Of a stretch of DNA of 64,000 bases, positions 59,050 through 64,000 are shown one piece after another. The notes under the pieces are model-generated. The model was not told where the DNA came from. It saw nothing but the letters and a program-made list of their open reading frames with translations, and did no database searches. Source of the DNA: Nitrososphaeraceae archaeon (GTDB lineage: Archaea; Thermoproteota; Nitrososphaeria; Nitrososphaerales; Nitrososphaeraceae); assembly GCA_044870765.1 (NCBI GenBank), contig JBIOZG010000012.1, positions 1 through 64,000 on the forward strand, read 5' to 3'. Position 1 is the stretch's first letter. Each line of letters starts with the position of its first letter. A program made the position numbers and the translations under genes.

Positions 59050-60254
59050 TTCGTGGAGTTCAGGTTAGGGTAAATTTTAGCTACCGAGTTCTTGAGATAT
59101 CCATAATATTCTGTCGGAGTTAGCGTTCCATTTTGATTTAATATTAAATTGAAGCTGGCAGGTTCAGCATCTTGGTAATCCCATTTCCAGAAGGACGAGG
59201 CAGTGATATTTGAATTCTTAAAGGTTTCCAGCATCGTATCTGTCGTTTGCTGGTCAAGTCCGCTCTTTGCAGGATCAAGCTGAAATACCCCATTAACTTG
59301 TGTGCGTGCAACGTTATTCCATTCACCAATATAGAGTGGTTCACCTGTTAGTTCGCGAGTTTTTAAGAACATATCCCATCGTTCTTTTTGATATTTATCT
59401 CTGTCTGGAATGCCATAGACACTAATCTTAAACCAAACATTATCTTTATTTGAAGGAGCCATTTTTGCAAGATTTTCTGGCGTTAATTCTATAGGTCCGC
59501 CAAGATCCACAGGAACATTCATACTATAAACTATGGTCTTGTTAGTTAAGCTTCGTAATTCATCAGTGATAAATGAATTAAAGTTCCCAATTTTTTCCCA
59601 TTGATCTGCGCTTTCTACATGGGGCTCGCTCAAGATTTCATATCCGAAAGTGCTAGGATGCCCATCCACTTTTGTAACAACCTTTTTCCAAAAGTCAGCA
59701 AGTAAAGTCCATGCGTCCTTTCCTTGGCCATCCTTTACTGAACCATCCCAAAAGTTACTCCACCACAGCTTTGCAACAGGCTCTCCTTCTTTACCCCCGC
59801 TATTCATCGGATACAGTTGTGAATTATTCTCAAAAAGTGCGGATGGAAAACCTGTTCCCCTCTTTTCAAGCCAGGAGGATGTATGCCACTGATGATTATC
59901 ATAAATAACCTTAATGCCATATTTATCTGCAATATTTGCAACCTGTTCGATTTCATTCATGAATGCTTGTGGGTTCTTTTCATATGCTTCCCAATAAAAC
60001 AAGAACCTAACTTGATTTAGTCCTGCCTCTTTTATCAACTTGAAGCTTTCATCGAAATAATTAGCAGGAGGTAGTGCAGTATCGGGCCTGTTTTGTTTTT
60101 GATCCACATATGCGCCCTTCATCGCTGCACCAACTAAAGTATTGTCGGCTGCAGATGGCTGGGCAGAAGCGACGATAATACCATTTGTCATGAACAAAGA
60201 CATTACAAGACTTAAACCAAACAAGACAGGCGTATTTTGTCGAAAACTACTCAT
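59046..60254 (-). CDS. secreted GH5 (cellulase-family) glycoside hydrolase
   Basis: Signal peptide; GLNQVR, IYDNHQ, GYEILSEP (acid/base), LYIGEW (nucleophile), FWKW. Confidence 0.82.
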   Translation of the reverse strand: MSSFRQNTPVLFGLSLVMSLFMTNGIIVASAQPSAADNTLVGAAMKGAYVDQKQNRPDTALPPANYFDESFKLIKEAGLNQVRFLFYWEAYEKNPQAFMNEIEQVANIADKYGIKVIYDNHQWHTSSWLEKRGTGFPSALFENNSQLYPMNSGGKEGEPVAKLWWSNFWDGSVKDGQGKDAWTLLADFWKKVVTKVDGHPSTFGYEILSEPHVESADQWEKIGNFNSFITDELRSLTNKTIVYSMNVPVDLGGPIELTPENLAKMAPSNKDNVWFKISVYGIPDRDKYQKERWDMFLKTRELTGEPLYIGEWNNVARTQVNGVFQLDPAKSGLDQQTTDTMLETFKNSNITASSFWKWDYQDAEPASFNLILNQNGTLTPTEYYGYLKNSVAKIYPNLNSTN

Positions 60255-60450
60255 GGCAAATATATCGAAATTTAGTTTATATATATATTATGAATTAGGC
60301 ATCCATTATCTGATTTTGAGTTCAAAATAGGCGTTACAGTACTAGTTCCAAAATTATTATTTAGGGATATAATTATATCTCTATAAATAAATATCAATTG
60401 TCGTCGGTGGAGATAAGTTATAGAATGTCATTCACGAGAGGTGATAACTA

Positions 60451-60993
60451 GTGAAGCGAATTGTTCTAGCCGCAGGATTAATATCCTTATTAATCGGAGT
60501 AACGATAATTTCTATTTCTTCCATTCGTGTTCCTGACCCTCTTCATACTTCAAGTTCAGTGTATAACGGAAAAATAAATAATGATACCAGAGCTGTCATG
60601 GTACTGAAAGACATCCAAAAAGGAAAAAACATCTCATTATCTGTTACCCCACAAAATACTGTAAACGTATTTAACATTAAGATCATAAATTCAAAAGGAA
60701 CTGTTTTGTTTGATTTGAATTCATCACAACCATTGTTTACCACGATCACCCCACCCATAAGCGGAAATTATTCAGCGGTTTTAACTAATCTCAAGAATGA
60801 GGATACTTATGTCCAGAGTATATTCGCTAGCTCAGTTCTATTTGATAGTAATAAAATTCCAAAAATAGAAATTAACGCAATTATGATAGGAGTAATTATT
60901 TTGCTAATAGGAATTGTGATATGCATTATTTGGATACTCATGGAATTTTTTGAAACACTAAAAGAAAGGACGAGGTACAAACAGTTGTCTTGA
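60451..60993 (+). CDS. membrane protein (N- and C-terminal TM helices, extracellular beta domain)
   Basis: Hydrophobic termini and several NxS/T sequons. Confidence 0.7.
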   Translation: MKRIVLAAGLISLLIGVTIISISSIRVPDPLHTSSSVYNGKINNDTRAVMVLKDIQKGKNISLSVTPQNTVNVFNIKIINSKGTVLFDLNSSQPLFTTITPPISGNYSAVLTNLKNEDTYVQSIFASSVLFDSNKIPKIEINAIMIGVIILLIGIVICIIWILMEFFETLKERTRYKQLS

Positions 60994-61165
60994 GAGATAT
61001 TTTGTTCAAGTTCAACAACAATCCAATTTAATCAGAATTGTAAAATTCAAACACCGATACAATAGCAGGATAGTGGATCAAACGATACTTTCAAGATGAC
61101 TTAATATTATCGTTGCTTCTAAGTACGTAGTCATATGCAAATTGTTTGAAATAAGTTTAATTGTC

Positions 61166-63088
61166 CTATCCATTTGCTTTTTGGAGGTACTCTGTCAATT
61201 TTGCTATTAGTTTTTTATTAACTTTCTCACCATCAATCTTTCCTCTTAATACTTCCATGCACCTGCCCATCAAAAGGCCCACTGAATCTAAACCTTTTTG
61301 AGAAATTACATTTGAATTTTCATGTATTATTTTACTTATAGTTTGATCTACATATCCTTCGCTAATGCTTTCAGTCCCAAATGAACTTATTATTTCATCA
61401 ACATCCATAGACTCATTTTTTAGGAGCTTCTCGATTACCAGTGGAATAGATTCTTTAGTTATTCGTGAATTATCAAGTTCTGTAAATAGACAAAATAGCA
61501 CATCTTCAGAAAGAATTGAACTGTCATAACCCTCTCTTTCCATGCTCACTAGGTCCTCCGTAAGTTTAGATATTACAAAAGAGGGGCTAGTTGACGTGTG
61601 TGAGACTATTTTTTCGAAAAGTGAAAAATATTTAGAATCAAAAATATTTTCTGCCAAAGTCTTATTAATATTATATTTCTTGCAGATTTGATCAATGATT
61701 TCGTTCCACGGTTGAGGTGTATCTTGAGATAATTGTTTTAGCTTTCCTTCGTCTATTGAGATGTACGGAATATCGGTTTCCGGGTACATTCTTGATGAGC
61801 CAGGTTTAGGTCTACTAAATACTGTAACTCCATCCAATCTTGCTGAACGTGTTTCAGGAACAATTCCACTAAAACCTTTTTTGATTCTAGTAAATAATTC
61901 AAGTAATACTGTGTTTAGGGATTTTGTCGGTCCGCCTATTAATACAAAAGCATCATTCTTATCCATTCTTAGAACGTCTGATATAGACTCAACGTCTTCC
62001 GTCGTAATTCCATAGTTCGGTAATTCATCGGAGTGAAATATTCCACCAATTCCGTAAACTTTTACCAGATCACCTAATTCTTTCCCCAATCTAATTCCTG
62101 GATAGGGTTCAAAAGACAATATTCCTTTGAATCTCCGCAGAACGAATGCCGTGAATCTAGAATCACCAGTGAGAATCTTCTTTACTACTTTAGAGGATGA
62201 TTTACTTAATAGATGAGTTACGTCCGCAACATTGTCTATGAAACTTGATTCGTCAATATCACGTTTTTTGAGTTCATTTGCAATTTGATTTAATGCGTCT
62301 TGTCTCTTTCTTTCATATTCAATTACAAGAGGCAGCTGTGACAATTGCTGAACACCTTTCACTTCTACTACAGGTCCATTCTCTGTTGAAATGTTAACAT
62401 CCTGTCTGATACTTCCCAACCCACGAGTAACTTTTTTAGTAGATCTTAGTAATCGTCCGACTGTTTGAGCAACGTTCGTAACAAAAATTGGAGAATTAGA
62501 AATAGGTTCAAGTGCAATTTCAATAAGTGGTATTCCTAATCTATCCAAAGAATAAGCCTTGTTCTCATCCTCTTTTTTGTCTTCATTTATTATTCTCGCA
62601 GCATCCTCTTCTAAGCATACACTTTGGATTCCTACCCTGATACCCTCAACCTCCAAAAACCCGTTTCTGCCAACTAGTATTGTTCTTTGAAATCCAGTTG
62701 TGTTCGAACCGTCTATTACTATCTTTCTCATTATATGTAATTCATCTTCAATGGTGCAATTGAGCGCCAGAGATATTGTCAGTACGAGTTCGAGTGCTTC
62801 ATTGTTTACCGTCCTAGGAGGTTCTTCATCAGATTCAATGAGGCAGTTTGCATTTTTAGAAGATTGATATTTTACCGTCTTAATTTTTTTTGATTCGAAT
62901 AAAGCAGCTTGGTCGTAAGATCCCATCTCGCTTTGAGTCGGACGCAGGTTCCTTTTGAAGGTAAAATCATATTCATTAGATTCAAGTATTTTGCAATCAC
63001 AAAACAATTTATTTTTTGTAGCCAATTGTTGATGGATTTCAAGTCCAACCTTTAGTTTATCTTGAGCAATAGTTTCGTTTTTAACCAA
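61166..63088 (-). CDS. gatE: Glu-tRNA(Gln) amidotransferase subunit E
   Basis: KVGLEIHQQL, IDGSNTTGFQRT, LDRLGIPLIE, RMYPETDIP. Confidence 0.97.
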   Translation of the reverse strand: MVKNETIAQDKLKVGLEIHQQLATKNKLFCDCKILESNEYDFTFKRNLRPTQSEMGSYDQAALFESKKIKTVKYQSSKNANCLIESDEEPPRTVNNEALELVLTISLALNCTIEDELHIMRKIVIDGSNTTGFQRTILVGRNGFLEVEGIRVGIQSVCLEEDAARIINEDKKEDENKAYSLDRLGIPLIEIALEPISNSPIFVTNVAQTVGRLLRSTKKVTRGLGSIRQDVNISTENGPVVEVKGVQQLSQLPLVIEYERKRQDALNQIANELKKRDIDESSFIDNVADVTHLLSKSSSKVVKKILTGDSRFTAFVLRRFKGILSFEPYPGIRLGKELGDLVKVYGIGGIFHSDELPNYGITTEDVESISDVLRMDKNDAFVLIGGPTKSLNTVLLELFTRIKKGFSGIVPETRSARLDGVTVFSRPKPGSSRMYPETDIPYISIDEGKLKQLSQDTPQPWNEIIDQICKKYNINKTLAENIFDSKYFSLFEKIVSHTSTSPSFVISKLTEDLVSMEREGYDSSILSEDVLFCLFTELDNSRITKESIPLVIEKLLKNESMDVDEIISSFGTESISEGYVDQTISKIIHENSNVISQKGLDSVGLLMGRCMEVLRGKIDGEKVNKKLIAKLTEYLQKANG

Positions 63089-63186
63089 TATATGGATAAT
63101 AAATATAGCCTTCTTATATTATTATTATTATTTACAAATTCGAGAAATCTTTAATTTCCTGCCCACAACAATATTTATCACCGAAA

Positions 63187-63339
63187 ATGCTAGGTAATAT
63201 TTTCTGGATGTTATATGCTATTTTACCAAAGGGTACGGTAAAAGATGAAAGTACTTTTTTCATACTGGTTTCCATTTTGCTTGGATTAATTGCAACGGCA
63301 TACATAATGAGGTGGAGAAGAAATAAAGAACCTCAATAA
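63187..63339 (+). CDS. 50-aa single-pass membrane peptide (absent from the ORF track)
   Basis: MLGNIFWMLYAILPKGTVKDESTFFILVSILLGLIATAYIMRWRRNKEPQ; TM helix followed by a basic RWRRNK tail. Confidence 0.6.
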   Translation: MLGNIFWMLYAILPKGTVKDESTFFILVSILLGLIATAYIMRWRRNKEPQ

Positions 63340-63405
63340 ATTTTGATTATTCTGAAAAGTTTTGGTTTTATTTTCTAAAAATCATATACTTATCATCTGG
63401 ATATC

Positions 63406-63981
63406 TTAAATTGTAAATCTAGAAAATTTAATTGATTTAACTATATTTGTAATTTCACTTTTTAATGAGTCGATATTTATGTCGTGATATCTCCCATTAG
63501 AGTTATTCAATTTAGCAAAGGCCCTATTCATAATAGAAATGCAAATTCCTTGTTCGCCTTTTTGGTAATGTACTAAGGCAGCTGCAACTAGTATGAGCCC
63601 ATTCAACAAATCTCTTTCATCACCATAGGTGTGTTTCCATACACCTTCAAGAACTTCATGTGTTTTCCAATATTTTTCATTGTTAAAAAGTACACGAGCC
63701 ATTTTTATTGATTCATTTTTATCAATTTCCTTCTCGGCAATTCTGTCGATTTCTATTAATGGACCTATATTGGACAGTTTTGAGCTTATAGCATCTAATG
63801 TCGATTCGGAAGATACACTGATATCAAGCTCAAGAAAATTGCTTGCCACCCTTACATCTCTAATTATGATATTTAAGTCACGTAAAACATTTCTAGACGT
63901 AGTAAGGATATTAGTTGCGTCTTGAGGTGAGTATTTCTCGTTTTTGAGATAAATCATATACCTTAGCAATGCCTTTACCAA
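63406..63981 (-). CDS. DUF309-domain protein with N-terminal extension
   Basis: LFN.EKYWKTHEVLE.VW, GLILVAAALVH. Confidence 0.88.
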   Translation of the reverse strand: MVKALLRYMIYLKNEKYSPQDATNILTTSRNVLRDLNIIIRDVRVASNFLELDISVSSESTLDAISSKLSNIGPLIEIDRIAEKEIDKNESIKMARVLFNNEKYWKTHEVLEGVWKHTYGDERDLLNGLILVAAALVHYQKGEQGICISIMNRAFAKLNNSNGRYHDINIDSLKSEITNIVKSIKFSRFTI

Positions 63982-64000
63982 ATCTCTTCTATATGGTTAT

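Overview
Gene-dense, AT-rich core-genome segment of an archaeon. It is almost certainly an ammonia-oxidising Thaumarchaeote (Nitrososphaerales; the low GC fits Ca. Nitrosocosmicus-like, which is inference). Support: TBP/TFB, DnaG, GatE, FBP aldolase/phosphatase, CTP-dependent riboflavin kinase, a transketolase-N::Rpe fusion, membrane cupredoxin, an unlinked 5S rRNA and intron-containing tRNAs. About 65 CDS, mostly housekeeping (translation, chaperones, pentose phosphate/gluconeogenesis, B2/B6/B12 cofactors), plus three tRNAs and one 5S rRNA. No CRISPR array, transposase, integrase or prophage was recognised. Most notable: (1) a four-gene operon of two different AAA+ ATPase/VWA chaperone pairs with no client gene nearby; (2) a tRNA-Leu(UAA) with two introns, one non-canonical in the D-arm; (3) two tRNAs with a C where U is expected; (4) two unannotated small ORFs (55-aa Zn-ribbon, 50-aa membrane peptide); (5) a GC-rich candidate ncRNA upstream of pdxS; (6) a winged-helix-fused FAD synthetase facing an HTH-riboflavin kinase; (7) a secreted GH5 with an SEP motif. 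Product calls rest on motif recognition only; no searches were run.
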